A stretch of DNA of 63,928 nt, filler included, from Octopus bimaculoides (GCF_001194135.2; 7 parts of 5 records of this genome joined end to end with filler, not necessarily neighbours in it); one strand, 5' to 3'; positions 11,170 through 25,676 are shown, counted from the first letter of the whole stretch. Notes: a model not told the origin generated them from the sequence alone. Numbers and translations are program-made.

Positions 11170-11550
11170 TAGCTTGGCTGTGTGGTTAAGGAGTTACTAT
11201 ATAGCCTTGGGCCAACCAAAGCCTTGTGAATGGATTTGGGAGATGGAAACTGAAAGAACCTGTTGTGTGAGTGTGCGTGAGTGAGTGTGTGAGTGTGTGT
11301 GTGTGTGTGTGTGTTTGCCCATGTCCTCACTGCTTGACAACTGATGCAGGTGTGTTTATATCTTTGTAACATAGTGGTATGGCAAAAGAGACTGATAGAA
11401 TAAGTACCAGTTTTTTTTTAAACAAAAAAAGTAAGTTGTTGGGTTGATTTATTCGACTAAAAAACAAAAAAAACAAACATAAAAAAACTTCAAAATGGTG
11501 CCCCAGCATGGGCACAGTCTAATGATTGGAACAAGTAAAAGATAAACGGT
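11170..11550 (+). mobile_element. SINE family A with an internal deletion in the head
   Basis: Family-A motifs GCCTTGTGAATGGATTTGG, internal (TG)n and CCCCAGCATGG tail. Confidence 0.75.
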
Positions 11551-11744
11551 AAAAGAATATAGCTTTTTCATTATTAAGCTGGTGTTTGGAATATAAATTA
11601 ACATGAAATTCTTGTGGAAGGTTTTGAATTTAAATGACTCTTAAACAGAAAGTTTGTATCATAGAACCAGGATGTGATCTCAGGCAGGTTGGTATCAAAA
11701 GAGTTAAACATCTGTAGTTTTGTTTTTCATGCATGTACAATGTC

Positions 11745-12370
11745 ATCATCATCATCATTGTTTAACATCTGCTTTCTATGCTGGCTGGACGGTTTGGTTG
11801 GACGGTTTGACGGGTTTGGACGGTTTGACGGGTTTGGACGGTTTGACNNNNNNNNNNNNNNNNNNNNNNNNNNNNNNNNNNNNNNNNNNNNNNNNNNNNN
11901 NNNNNNNNNNNNNNNNNNNNNNNNNNNNNNNNNNNNNNNNNNNNNNNNNNNNNNNNNNNNNNGACGGGTTTGGACGGTTTGACGGGTTTGGACGGTTTGA
12001 CGGGTTTGGACGGTTTGACGGGTTTGGACGGTTTGACGGGTTTGGACGGTTTGACATGGAGCTGGCTAGGAGGGAGCTGTCCAGATTTCAACTGTCTTTT
12101 GTGGTATGGTTGTTATGGCTGGATGCCCTTCCTAACCTCAGCCACCTAACAGAGTGTGCTGGGTGCTTTCTACATGTCCCTGGTACGGGTGCATTAATGT
12201 CATACCAGCATGGGTGCTTTTTAAGCGACACTGGCATCTGAAAGGACAAGCCTGTACATGTGGAAGACAGCGATTTTTGCTTTGCTTGATGTGTCTTATC
12301 AAGTACAACAAATCGCTACATCTCCCAGTCCCTTGCCATTTCCTCAGTAAGGCCCAGCGTCCAGATCGAT
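11745..12370 (-). mobile_element. SINE family C containing an 18-bp tandem expansion (GGACGGTTTGACGGGTTT)n at 11787-12055
   Basis: Family-C tail and body on both sides; perfect 18-mer units on both sides of a gap. Confidence 0.75.
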
Positions 12371-12522
12371 ATATATATATATATATATTTATTTATAACT
12401 CTGTGTATTGATATAACCAACCCATCATGCATTCTTAATATTTTCCTGATGTGTGCATGCGTGTGTATGTCTCTGTGTGTGTTTTCTGTGAATTTCAAGC
12501 AAGGTTTTGTAGTTGTGTTGTG

Positions 12523-12570
<48 letters not shown>

Positions 12571-13347
12571 GCACCTTTATTCTGAATTAAAAACTGTATT
12601 CTATCTCTGGGTATATATAACACAGTCAGAAAACTTTGCGATCATATTAACAGTTACTCATCTTAGTCATTTAGATATTTAATATTCAGTCATCGCATAT
12701 TATTTTCCTCTTATTGGTTATTTGATTCTGTTTTGGTTCTCCTACTGTATTCTCTGCATTTAAATATATCATTGTCACTCACTTAACTGTCGTTAATTAT
12801 TCAGATGGCATCTCGAATTTTATTAAGGCTAGTTTAGTTGCTGTTCGTTTGTGACTGATCATCTTTCAATTAGCAGAGCAGTAAAGAAAATAGAAGAGGA
12901 GAGAGGGCATTGAATTGCTTGCTGATGAGTGTGACTCCTGATGTTCAAATCCATAAGAGGGCAACATTTCATTGCATTCATGAACTAAATAACTTTATTT
13001 AGAAGCACTGGTTCTGCTCCACTAGCTGTTGGCAGCATCTACCAGATCTTTTAGGAAATTCAAAACTACAATAGACTGGCATGATATCCCAGGGGGCAGC
13101 ATGTCAGTCTAAACTTATCTGTTTAACATTACATGAATCCAAGTAGACTAAAAGGCATGCTAGACCCATGTGGGCTAGATTTGTGAATATATTAACTTGT
13201 AGCACCTTTTGGTGTGAAATAAATAACAAGCATTTTATTTTTGCGTGGGAAAGCTAGCTAGCTGATGTGTAGGCTAGCATGCTTGCCAGAAAGAAGTCTG
13301 TTATCCATTTAATGCTTCAGATACCATAGTAGAGAGCCAACATAATA

Positions 13348-13680
13348 GATCTTTTATCTTTTACTTGTTTCATGCACTAGACTGCGACCATGCTGAGGCA
13401 CAACCTTGAAGGGTTTTTAGTTAAATGAACTGACCCCCCCCCCCAGTATTCATCATCATCGTTTAACGTCCGCTTTCCATGCTAGCATGGGTTGGACGAT
13501 TTGACTGAGGACTGGTGAAACCGGATGGCAACACCAGGCTCCAGTCTGATTTGGCAGAGTTTCTACAGCTGGATGCCCTTCCTAACGCCAACCACTCAGA
13601 GAGTGTAGTGGGTGCTTTTACGTGTCACCCGCACGAAAACGGCCACGCTCGAAATGGTGTCTTTTATGTGCCACCCGCAC
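13348..13680 (-). mobile_element. SINE A tail fragment (13348-13450) abutting a SINE C copy (13451-13680)
   Basis: Motif match to the other copies of both families. Confidence 0.75.
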
Positions 13681-13780
13681 NNNNNNNNNNNNNNNNNNNN
13701 NNNNNNNNNNNNNNNNNNNNNNNNTTAATTAATTAANNNNNNNNNNNNNNNNNNNNNNNNNNNNNNNNNNNNNNNNNNNN
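13681..13780. other. Assembly gap with a six-frame stop linker (44 N + TTAATTAATTAA + 44 N); also at 24637-24736, 31875-31974, 52338-52437, 58955-59054 and 61744-61843
   Basis: The same 100-nt construct occurs six times; the palindromic 12-mer places TAA in all six frames. Confidence 0.95.
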
Positions 13781-13823
<43 letters not shown>

Positions 13824-13828
13824 GAATA

Positions 13829-13863
<35 letters not shown>

Positions 13864-16800
13864 GAAGGAAGGAAGGAAGGAAGGAAGGAAGGAAGGAAGA
13901 AAGAAAAATTACGATTTCACTTGGCTTGAAATTGTAGTTGAGGCAGATTTTTAAAATTTTATGTTTGCATAAGAACAACCTTTCAGAACATCTGTATTGT
14001 AGAGAACCCTTTCTTAGTTGAATTTCAAAAGCATCTCCATAGCATAAATTGCATGTTTTCCTATCACTAATGTAAGGCTTGTTTCTACCTAATATCTCCT
14101 ATTTAGGCAATATGATGTATCTTATATCCTTAATGAATGAGGTTTCTCCTTTTATATCCTTAATAAAGAGGTTTCTCCAGGAGAAAATGTGTCCTGGTTC
14201 AACAGGGTTTTGAAAGAGTTGATGTGATTTTGGTTAGAGTTATTCACGATTACTGTACATGGGCAAATAACATCTTTAGCTTGAATTGAGAGGGGGCAAG
14301 AACAAGGATTGGTACAATTGCAGTTGTTATTAGAGGTAAGTGGAATAATTAAACAGTTGAGTCTCCAGAGTCTTGAGGAAGATATTAATTGTTTAAGGTT
14401 GAGGCTTTTGTTGGCACTCCATCGCCTGGTTCCTGGTTAAGGTAATATAGATAAGCATTGGGCCTCTCGACCTGCTGTGAAGGTCTCAGATAATTTTCCA
14501 GTATACCCTTGCTGCACTACAATTCTTGCTATACCTCTGTTCTTGCTAAGTCCCCACAAAAATTCCTTAGACTTTTCAGCTTTGTTCCATGGAAAATCAA
14601 TTCATTAAACTTTTGGTTTGTTTGCAGACCATTATTAATTTCCTCAAATTCTAGCATTCACTCACAGTAAAACAGTTTTAACACATCTCCATTTTCAAAA
14701 CTATTCAGGAAGATGAGTTTCACATCAATATCCTGAAAAAGCTTAGTTCTTTAAACTTGCCATCTTATATCAGAGTTCAGTGATCTGATCTCTTTTATGT
14801 AATTAAACAACAAGGATACAAAAAGAATAGTAATTCCTACCTGCAGGTATGAACGCACAAGAAAAATGTTTTCTCACTGATACATGTATAAAGAGAAATA
14901 ATCTCATTTAGTGCCTCATTGCAATTTGATCTCGAATAGCGTAAGGACCATTTCCATTATTGAAAGACATAATAAATAGGGTTTAGCCACTTGATAGATC
15001 ACAGTCAGTTGTTATCCATTCCTGTTGTTCGCTATCTACTGGTAATCAAAGTAAGAGTCAGTTTTTTTTTTCCCCTCGTAGTCTTCCATATACATGTTGT
15101 TGTTTTTTTTACTTCTGCAAATGTGTTTCTATTATTTTATCAACTCCAGAAGAGGGACATATTAGATTGACCCTAATAGAATTTGAAATCAGAACCAATC
15201 TAGCACTGTTATGAATCAACCATCAATTCAGTTATTTCGCTTTCTAACATTCCCTTTACAGTGTAACAAAATGAAGCCGATGTATAAAAGCAGATAGGGA
15301 AGAAACAAAAATATATGAAACAAACATATCTAAAGAAAGCTACTTTAATGAATGGGTGGCTCACTTCTAATCTGCTGCTTGTCTTCAAATAACTTGTCTT
15401 TAGATTATAGCGGCACTATGAGAAAAATCTCTTTAACTTGTTCCAGTAAATATACACCAGGCTTTTGATCAATAAATGCTGTAAGTGATATGTTAATCTT
15501 GAGATACAACATTAAGTTAAGAGTTAGATTTCCACCCAGTTTCCTACTTCAGATGATTGTGGAAAAACAGAAACAACTTTGACTGTTTTGTAGATAGAAA
15601 TGCTCATCATTTAAAGTTATCAACTTGACTTATTATTCACAATCACATACTAGATGGGTCTCTTAATCTATAAAGCTTTACTCACATATAAATCAACATA
15701 CACCGAGTATTTTCACTCTTTATGCAGTCTCTTACTCACAAGACAAACTTAGCCAAAGGAAAATTATCAACAGAAACTATTCCATTTTCTGTGGAATGCA
15801 TATATGAACAATATATAAAATTGATTTTTAAATATATCGTGTATCTTATTAAAATTTTGATGTCCTTTTTTAGTCGATAATATTAATTTATTTGTAAACA
15901 CAAAAGAATGTAGACTTTATAGTTGAAATAAAAATTATTCAAATTTCATTTAAATCAAATATATTTTGAAAGTCATGCATAAACAATGCTTTTTTCCTCA
16001 CAGATATTCTTTAATAACTAAGATTCACAGATTCATGCAAACACATACTGACACACATACACACATGCATACAGATGTATACACTCAAAACACTTTCTCC
16101 TCACACACACACACTCACACACACATACGTATACATTTGTTTGCTTTATAGTATAAGTGTATGCATGGATATGTGGGTGCAATTTTTAATATGATAATAT
16201 ATATGTGTGAGTTTCTATGAATATTTCATTATAAACTTCTTTCAGTATGAATAAAGACACACATATTACCTCAATTACATGTACATGTGAGTGTATATGT
16301 GTGTATGAAAGGCCCTGTGCGTGTGTACGTATATAAACGCATATACAATAAACAAAGATATATATATATATATATATATANNNNNNNNNNNNNNNNNNNN
16401 NNNNNNNNNNNNNNNNNNNNNNNNNNNNNNNNNNNNNNNNNNNNNNNNNNNNNNNNNNNNNNNNNNNNNNNNNNNNNNNNNNNNNNNNNNNNNNNNNNNN
16501 NNNNNNNNNNNNNNNNNNNNNNNNNNNNNNNNNNNNNNNNNNNNNNNNNNNNNNNNNNNNNNNNNNNNNNNNNNNNNNNNNNNNNNNNNNNNNNNNNNNN
16601 NNNNNNNNNNNNNNNNNNNNNNNNNNNNNNNNNNNNNNNNNNNNNNNNNNNNNNNNNNNNNNNNNNNNNNNNNNNNNNNNNNNNNNNNNNNNNNNNNNNN
16701 NNNNNNNNNNNNNNNNNNNNNNNNNNNNNNNNNNNNNNNNNNNNNNNNNNNNNNNNNNNNNNNNNNNNNNNNNNNNNNNNNNNNNNNNNNNNNNNNNNNN

Positions 16801-17267
16801 NNNNNNNNNNNNNNNNNNNNNNNNNNNNNNNNNNNNNNNNNNNNNNNNNNNNNNNNNNNNNNNNNNNNNNNNNNNNNNNNNNNNNNNNNNNNNNNNNNNN
16901 NNNNNNNNNNNNNNNNNNNNNNNNNNNNNNNNNNNNNNNNNNNNNNNNNNNNNNNNNNNNNNNNNNNNNNNNNNNNNNNNNNNNNNNNNNNNNNNNNNNN
17001 NNNNNNNNNNNNNNNNNNNNNNNNNNNNNNNNNNNNNNNNNNNNNNNNNNNNNNNNNNNNNNNNNNNNNNNNNNNNNNNNNNNNNNNNNNNNNNNNNNNN
17101 NNNNNNNNNNNNNNNNNNNNNNNNNNNNNNNNNNNNNNNNNNNNNNNNNNNNNNNNNNNNNNNNNNNNNNNNNNNNNNNNNNNNNNNNNNNNNNNNNNNN
17201 NNNNNNNNNNNNNNNNNNNNNNNNNNNNNNNNNNNNNNNNNNNNNNNNNNNNNNNNNNNNNNNNNNA

Positions 17268-17345
17268 TATATAGATAGATAGATAGATACATACATACAT
17301 ACATACATACATACATACATACATACATAGACAGACAGACAGACT

Positions 17346-17402
<57 letters not shown>

Positions 17403-17470
17403 ATAAATAAATAGATAGGTAGATAGATAGATAGAGAGATAGATAAATAGATAGATAGAGAGATAGATAA

Positions 17471-17513
<43 letters not shown>

Positions 17514-18434
17514 TACACCCACATATATACACCCACATATATACACCCACATATATACACCCACATATATACACACATGCTTGTATACATACATACATTG
17601 CCAGAAATACAAGTATATGTATACTCAATTATATGCATTTGTATGTGTGTAGTGCTTTGGTCTACATTTCCATGTATGTACACATGTGGAACACATGTAT
17701 GTGTATGTATGCTTGCGTGTGTGTGCATCTGTGTGCATGTGTGTGCATATGCATATAACATATAATATGCATGAATGTGGTACATGCATATCTTTGAATA
17801 TATTCGTACGGTGGTTGTATATAATAGAGAAAAAGACCTTTATTCTGTATGTATGCTTGTTTCCATTATAAATCTGTAGGTTTAATTATGAAGAACAAGA
17901 TTCAGTAAAAGCAGCAAACAACATTGAAATCGTCCAATAGCTATATTGGAGAAGATAATAAAAGAGGCAATGTGAACCAATCAATACAGAATGTTACTCT
18001 CGTAACCATACGCTGTTATCCACCAAGTTTTGTCTTCTACATTCACTCTTTTGTGTGTTATTCCTTCTTTCTTTCTTATCTGCTTTGGGGTCTTTCTTTT
18101 ACTTTCTTTTATTTTCTTTATAGACTTTCTTTCTTTCTATCTATCAATTTATCTATCTATCTATCTGTCTGTCTGTCTGTCTGTCTGTTGATATCTATCA
18201 CTCTATACATCTGTCAATCTAACTATCTATCTATCTATCTATTTATCTACCTACCTACCTACCTATCTACCTACCTATCTATCTCTTTGTCTACCAATCT
18301 ATATATCTGACAATCAATCTATCTATCTATCTATCTATCTATCTGTCTGTCTGTCTGTCTGTCTGTCTGTATCTATCTATCTGTCTGTCTATTTATCTAT
18401 CTAATTATTTCTCTCTCACTCACTCTCTCTCTCC

Positions 18435-18465
<31 letters not shown>

Positions 18466-18540
18466 CCTATCTATCTTCTAGCTGTCTGTTTGTCAGTCAG
18501 TCTGTCTGTCTTTCTTTCTGCCTGCCTGCCTGCCTGTCAC
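17268..18540. repeat. (GATA)n/(CATA)n/(TCTA)n/(TCTG)n compound tetranucleotide microsatellites
   Basis: Read directly. Confidence 0.85.
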
Positions 18541-18689
18541 TCAATTCTTTTCTCTACTTTCTTAAAACACATTTTTCTTTTCTTTCTCTTTTTTCTTCTC
18601 TTTTATAACATGGAAACTTCAATAGCTCTGGGCCATAGCACTTACATGGAAAATGAGAGAAAAACATGAAGAGGAAGACCAAAAGGCAA

Positions 18690-18709
18690 CTTTGAATAAT
18701 AACAATAAC

Positions 18710-18771
<62 letters not shown>

Positions 18772-18845
18772 CGATGATGATAGCTGCAATAATAATAATA
18801 ACAATAACAATAATAATAATATTAATAAATAAATGAATAAATATA

Positions 18846-18884
<39 letters not shown>

Positions 18885-18993
18885 GCAAATAATAGTTTCA
18901 TATATTGTTGTTATTAATATTGCGGTGGTGGTGGTGATGGTGGTGGTGGTATCAAGAAGAATACCACCATCACTTTTTGCAACAACATGATGG

Positions 18994-19040
<47 letters not shown>

Positions 19041-19138
19041 GTGGTGGTGATGGTGGCAGTGATAATGGTAATTATGAAGATAATTGTGATGATGTTGGTG
19101 ATGATGATGTTGGTAATGATGATGATGACGACGATGAA

Positions 19139-19181
<43 letters not shown>

Positions 19182-19833
19182 GCGATGTTTATGATGAAGA
19201 TGATGATGACGTGATGAAGTGTGAACATGTGATGACAGTGGTTGTTATGTGTTTGATGTTGTTTTTGCCATTCCTGTTGTTGTCGTTGTTGTTGTTCTTA
19301 TTGTTGTAATAGATTTTTAGGAGAGAGGTGTAGTGATGGATGGGGATGGAGAAGGATTTAATAATAAAATTTATATTAATAAAGCCACTAATAAAAATCT
19401 TTGTTACCATTTTTATTAAAAGTGATAATGCTGCTTGTGCTGGTAGTCATAATAGACAACAATATCATCATCATCAGCAGCAGCAGCATTTTGGAGCATG
19501 ACTTCTTCAGTGTTACTAAAGAACAACACAAAAATACAATGCAGAAATGCAAAAAAAATAAAAAAATAAAAATAATAAATAAATAAATAACGGAAAAGAA
19601 AAGAAAAGAAAAGAAAAAAAAAGAAAAGTGAAACAGGAAAGAAAGATGAAAAAAAATAAAGAGAGTAAGAAAGAAAGTGAGAAAGAAAGAAAGAACAAAA
19701 GAAAGAGGACAATGCTATTGATAATGAAAATGGTGGTGGTGGTGGTGGTGGTGGTGGTGTTATTGATAATGATAAATATCAAGAATACACCATTGTGGAA
19801 ATATCACTTTTGATGATGATGATGATGATGATA

Positions 19834-19865
<32 letters not shown>

Positions 19866-19990
19866 AGTCGTGGTAGTAATAATGACAATGATGATCATAG
19901 TGGTGGTAGTGATGTTGATGAAGATGATTGTAATGATAGTGATGATGATGAGGATGATAGTTGTGGTGATGATAGAGATACTACTAACGA
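18690..19990. repeat. Compound trinucleotide island: (AAT)n, (GAT)n, (GGT)n, (AAAT)n, (AAAAG)n
   Basis: Read directly; source of the poly-D, poly-M and poly-I ORFs. Confidence 0.9.
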
Positions 19991-20879
19991 TGATTATGGT
20001 GTTGTTAGCCCTATAGGTAGACCAAGCACTGATTGCACAGGTACTCTAATCAAAGGTATGCCAACCACGACAATGCCCACCTTTTCTTTTTTGGTGGGGG
20101 CATATATAAGACTTACCCTATCTAATGCACCCTTTTTCCCTTTTGTAAGACAACAAGGTGTGACTTTAGGGAGATACAACAGCAGCTATTTCTAGCCAAC
20201 TTCTGAAGAACCAAAACAATTCCTGACTTCATAACCTCTTTGACACTGGACGACCCCTATGGAGTTTCATCTTTTGCACATCACACCAATATCAGAAGTT
20301 TTAAGTTTCACACATAATGGCATTATTACTGAGACACAAAATTAATGAATGTAGAATACAATTATGTATATTATAACTATTATATTCATGTAATATAAAA
20401 GAAATGAGTTAAAAATTGTTTGGTACATGTCATGGCACCTTTTGTTTTATGTGTTCATTCCTGCTAACTTTAGAATCTGGTTACGCCACTGACTCTCGGC
20501 ATTTAAAAATCTAAACCTCATTTATTTAATCCATGGTGGTAAATTACTCTCATACTACTGTTTTATACAAGAGACATTCTTATAAATGTGTTGCTGATTG
20601 CTCATACTGCTTGAATATATATAGATTCATTGACCCAGGAATTGAACTCACACCCATCCGGTTAACTGCAACACTTAACATTTGACACTCATTCAAGGCA
20701 TTAATTCATGAAGCCATTGTCCTAGAGGACAATTAAGTTATGGAAATTAGAAGCTTCAGACCTAATTTTCTTTTTTATGGTTTTAAGGCTTAATGGTATT
20801 TCATTTGTAATTAAAGCCTTCCATATGGTGTTTATCTCTCTGTTAGGCTTTACTGGGGAGGCTATCAAAGCCTAGCATA

Positions 20880-21138
20880 TCTTTTCTTTGTTTTCTTTTT
20901 CTTCTTTAGTTTACTTTGTTTCAGTCACTGGGATTACAGCCATGCCCATCCTTGAGCATTGCCTTGAAGTGTTTAGTAAAACAAATTGACTGCAGAACCA
21001 ATTTTTTTACCAAGTCTGATATGTTTGGCACTTATTCCGTAGGCTTTTATTTTGGGGGGGCTGAACTGCCAGTTTTTCAGGGACATAAACAAATTAACAC
21101 CAACTGCTATGGGATAAGGGAACAAATTCTAACACAAA

Positions 21139-21170
<32 letters not shown>
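20880..21170 (-). mobile_element. SINE family A, 3' half
   Basis: TTTCAGTCACTGG...GCCATG..., ending in (CA)n. Confidence 0.65.
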
Positions 21171-21174
<4 letters not shown>

Positions 21175-21178
<4 letters not shown>

Positions 21179-21420
21179 TTATACATCAAAATGAAGCTGA
21201 TCCTCTGTGGATCACATCCCTACTTCTCAACATAGTCACCATTTCTTTCAATAGCAATGTTCCACCTTTGAATGAGAGCATGTATCCCTGTCCTGTAAAA
21301 TTCTGTTGACTGTTCTTTGAGCCACTTCTTCACTACAGTTTTCGCTTCCTTGTCACTGGAATAATATTTACCTCTCAAACCCTCTTCCATGGGGCCGAAG
21401 AGATGATAGTCTCTGGGGTG
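21175..21420 (-). mobile_element. Mariner transposase C-terminal fragment (irritans-like)
   Basis: Minus translation PRDYHLFGPMEEGLRGKYYSSDKEAKTVVKKWLKEQSTEFYRTGIHALIQRWNIAIERNGDYVEK* matches the region after the third catalytic Asp of DD34D transposases. The subfamily call is from memory. Confidence 0.8.
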
Positions 21421-21554
21421 CCTATGAGTGTAGGGGTTTTATGTTAATCTCTGTCTACTGTATGTATGTAGGTGTACAGAAGCCAATCACAGACACACAA
21501 ACATCTCATATTCCCTTCCATATTCCCTTCCATATATATATATAAATATATATA

Positions 21555-22832
21555 TCAGGTCATCCCATAAGCTCTGTCCGATTTTACCTTTTTTAAAATT
21601 GAATGAAATTTAATAGTATTTTAGAATGTCTAATGGAATTGAAAATTATTTTTATGCATTTGTGTACATTTAAATTAATTAAATATTATTTTACAGAATA
21701 ATAGAATTACAATTTCTTTGATTAAAACCCTTTCTACATGGAAGCATCCAAAGAGCATTTGAGGCACATAATGCTTTATGAGTACAAAAAAGGAAACTCT
21801 GCAGCCAAAGTGACTCGAAACATACACTCAGTTTATGGGAAAGAATGCTTGAATGAAAGAACTTGCAGAAGATGGTTTGCAAAATTCAGAAGTGGAGATT
21901 TCAGCCTTGAAGATGAATATCGAACAAGACGTCCAGTTGAGTTTGATGATGAGCTCCTTGAGGCATCACTTGAAGAAAATCTTGCATTATCAGTTGAAGA
22001 ATTGGCAATAAAGCTTAGTTCAAACTATACGACTGTTCATCGTCATTTTCAACAACTTGGAAAGGTTCCTAAACTTGGAAAATGGGTGCTTCATGAATTG
22101 ACTGAAAGCAACCACAAATCCCAAGTTGACATCTGCTCTTCTCTCCATTCTTGTGAACTCATTTCACCCTTTTTGGATAGACTTGTGACTGATGACGAAA
22201 AATGGATCTTCTATCAAAATGTTAAATGCCGTAAACAGTGGCTTGGTAAAAGGGAAAAAGCTCAACCACAAGGGAACTGCATGGGAAAAAGGTTCTTCTC
22301 TCTATCTGGTGGGATTGCAAAGGAGTAATTGACTTTGAATTGTTACCACCTAATGCAACAATCAATGCTCAAGTCAACTGTCAGCAATTAGAGCGTCTGA
22401 ACTAAGCTTTGAAGAAAAAAGACCCGCTTTAGTGAATCGGAAAGGAGTGATGTTTCATCAGGAAAATGCGCAACCCCACATTGCAAAGATCATATCACAG
22501 AAGATCGAAGAGCTTGGTTGGGAAAAAATTCCTCATCCACCTTATTCTCCCAACCTTGCTCCTTCAGACTACCATTTGTTTCGTAGTTTACAGAATCATT
22601 TGGGGGACATAACTTTCGCAAGCGAGAAGGCAGTTGAAACTGACATTTCAGAGTTCTTCGCTTTGAAACCAAAAGAGCTTTATATTGATGGGATTGAAAA
22701 GCTTGTAAATAGATGGAAGGAAGTCATAGATAATCAGGGAAAGTATATTGATGATTAATTTTCAATTAAACATAACATTTGATCACATGTTTTCTTTATT
22801 CAAAATTCGGACAGAACTTATGGGATGACCTG

Positions 22833-22833
<1 letters not shown>
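21555..22833 (+). mobile_element. Full-length (1279 bp) mariner DD34D transposon, defective, mellifera-like
   Basis: TIRs TCAGGTCATCCCATAAG(C/T)TCTGTCCG at both ends with TA on each side. Transposase 21738-22758 has WVLHEL, TDDEKW, QENAQPH and YSPNLAPSDY, with 34 residues between the 2nd and 3rd catalytic positions. Frameshift near 22270 and an in-frame stop near 22403. Confidence 0.95.
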
Positions 22834-22871
<38 letters not shown>

Positions 22872-23093
22872 TAGAGACAGACAGACAGACAGACAGAGAC
22901 AGACACACACAGACAGACAGAGACAGACAGACAGACAGAGTTGCCATATTTCCTTCTATATCAGCTAACTCTGATGAGCATTAAGCTATATAATCGGTTT
23001 GTTACCTAACACTCCATTGTATTCTTTACGCGAAACCAACTGGTAAGATCAACTGTGATGGAGATTTAATACTATACATTTCAAATAATATAC

Positions 23094-23155
<62 letters not shown>

Positions 23156-23346
23156 TTGAAAAAATTTTTGGTATTATTTATTTCCCCATAATTTACTTGG
23201 CAAATAATATTTTCCAGTATTTTTCACCTCTTATACATGTCTCGCACAAACATAACATCTACATACAGTGGAGTACTGGAATATACAGATGTGCTTCATG
23301 AGGACACAGTTTAGATCATAAGTCTATCTACTTACTATATATATGC

Positions 23347-23861
<515 letters not shown>

Positions 23862-24409
23862 CTTTTGTGGGAATGGTATATCTCAAAGTACACACATAAA
23901 GCTCTAAATAATAGCTTTCAAATATTGGGTTGAGACAGGAAAAGTCAAAGGTTGCCTGTGTGACATTTTTCTATCCAAAAGGGTTTTCAAACCCAATATT
24001 TAAAGGCTATCATTTATAGCTTTAGGCATGTGCCTCAGGATAGATATTTTATTCCAAAGAAGAATTATTTCATGGTCACTTGAAAGTTTATAAAATTCTT
24101 ATGATATCAACAATGCGTGTGTGTTAATATGTATGCATAGGAAGGAGTAAGATGCTTTGTGTCATGTACAGAATAGTATATTGTTAATAATAAGTTAGTC
24201 AGAAGAAATTAAGAAATTGTTCCTCTGTATTTGAATATTTACAGGAAATAAAATAAAATAAAATAAAATAAAATAAATAGATTATTTACACTTGAAAAAC
24301 TTGAAAACTAAGTAACAATACCTTCATTTTCTCTAACATTCTCTATCTATCTATCTATCTAGATAGATAGATAGATAGATAGATAGACAGATTTATGCAT
24401 GTATGTATA

Positions 24410-24590
24410 GGAGCAAGCATGACTGTGTGATTAAGAAGCTTAGTTCATCACCATGCGGTTTCAGATTCAATCTCAGACTGGAGCATCTTGAACAAGTGTC
24501 TTTTACAATAGTTCTGTGCTAAGCAAAGCATTTTGAATGAATTTTAGTTGACAGAAACCGACAAAAGTCTATCAAATACATGTGTGTGTA
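24410..24590 (+). mobile_element. SINE family A head, degenerate
   Basis: GAGCAAGCATGACTGTGTG...TTGAACAAGTGTCTT motifs. Confidence 0.6.
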
Positions 24591-24594
24591 TACG

Positions 24595-24636
<42 letters not shown>

Positions 24637-24743
24637 NNNNNNNNNNNNNNNNNNNNNNNNNNNNNNNNNNNNNNNNNNNNTTAATTAATTAANNNNNNNN
24701 NNNNNNNNNNNNNNNNNNNNNNNNNNNNNNNNNNNNTATATAT

Positions 24744-24774
<31 letters not shown>

Positions 24775-25202
24775 CATACATACTTACATACAAATATACA
24801 TACATACATACATACATACAGGCATAAATACATACAATATATATATGTGTGTATGTGTGTTAAATATTACACAGGAGGATGACAAAGGAATACACAGAAA
24901 AGTCGCACACAAGTCGTGGTCATGCTCTTCTCTTATCAGTTGTCCGAAATTCATAATTTCGCGCCTTTAACGATAAGATTGTTCACTTTGGTCGCGTCAA
25001 CAGGAAAAGGCTCTTGAGGCTGAATAAGCGAACGTAGAGGGCGTTCGCAAAAGCAAACAAACGATCAACGACGACAGAACAAGACTAGACATAACAGGAA
25101 ACAACACATGTAGTTAGTACATATAATATGTACATATACATATATATGCGTACGTAGATATGCATACATACACACACACACGCACACACGTATATATATA
25201 TA

Positions 25203-25262
<60 letters not shown>

Positions 25263-25638
25263 TGTGTATATATGTATACATACATACACGCATATATNNN
25301 NNNNNNNNNNNNNNNNNNNNNNNNNNNNNNNNNNNNNNNNNNNNNNNNNNNNNNNNNNNNNNNNNNNNNNNNNNNNNNNNNNNNNNNNNNNNNNNNNNNN
25401 NNNNNNNNNNNNNNNNNNNNNNNNNNNNNNNNNNNNNNNNNNNNNNNNNNNNNNNNNNNNNNNNNNNNNNNNNNNNNNNNNNNNNNNNNNNNNNNNNNNN
25501 NNNNNNNNNNNNNNNNNNNNNNNNNNNNNNNNNNNNNNNNNNNNNNNNNNNNNNNNNNNNNNNNNNNNNNNNNNNNNNNNNNNNNNNNNNNNNNNNNNNN
25601 NNNNNNNNNNNNNNNNNNNNNNNNNNNNNNNNNNNNNN

Positions 25639-25676
<38 letters not shown>

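Noticed and set aside
13505-13530. CTGAGGA...GAAAC in SINE family C as a possible hammerhead
   Set aside because: No stem II can form between the cores, there is no NUH or stem I, and the sister copy at 11027 lacks GAAAC.
13725-13736. Recurrent palindrome TTAATTAATTAA, six times, each between N-runs
   Set aside because: It is always centred in an identical 100-nt gap, so it is an artificial six-frame stop linker and not a biological repeat or CRISPR-like array.
14480-14700. Minus-strand NELIFHGTK, resembling the PARP catalytic motif
   Set aside because: It is bounded by nearby stops with no splice sites or further PARP motifs; likely chance or decayed repeat.
16186-17785. Longest ORFs in the track (445-504 aa) and similar ones at 9553, 25160, 26883, 28725, 38905 and 62443
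   Set aside because: They consist of N-runs plus di- and tetranucleotide repeats (YIYI, CVCV, LSIY); not genes.
21738-22758. Mariner ORF as a domesticated gene (SETMAR-like)
   Set aside because: It has intact TIRs, a frameshift and a stop, with no SET-domain exon nearby; an ordinary dead transposon copy.
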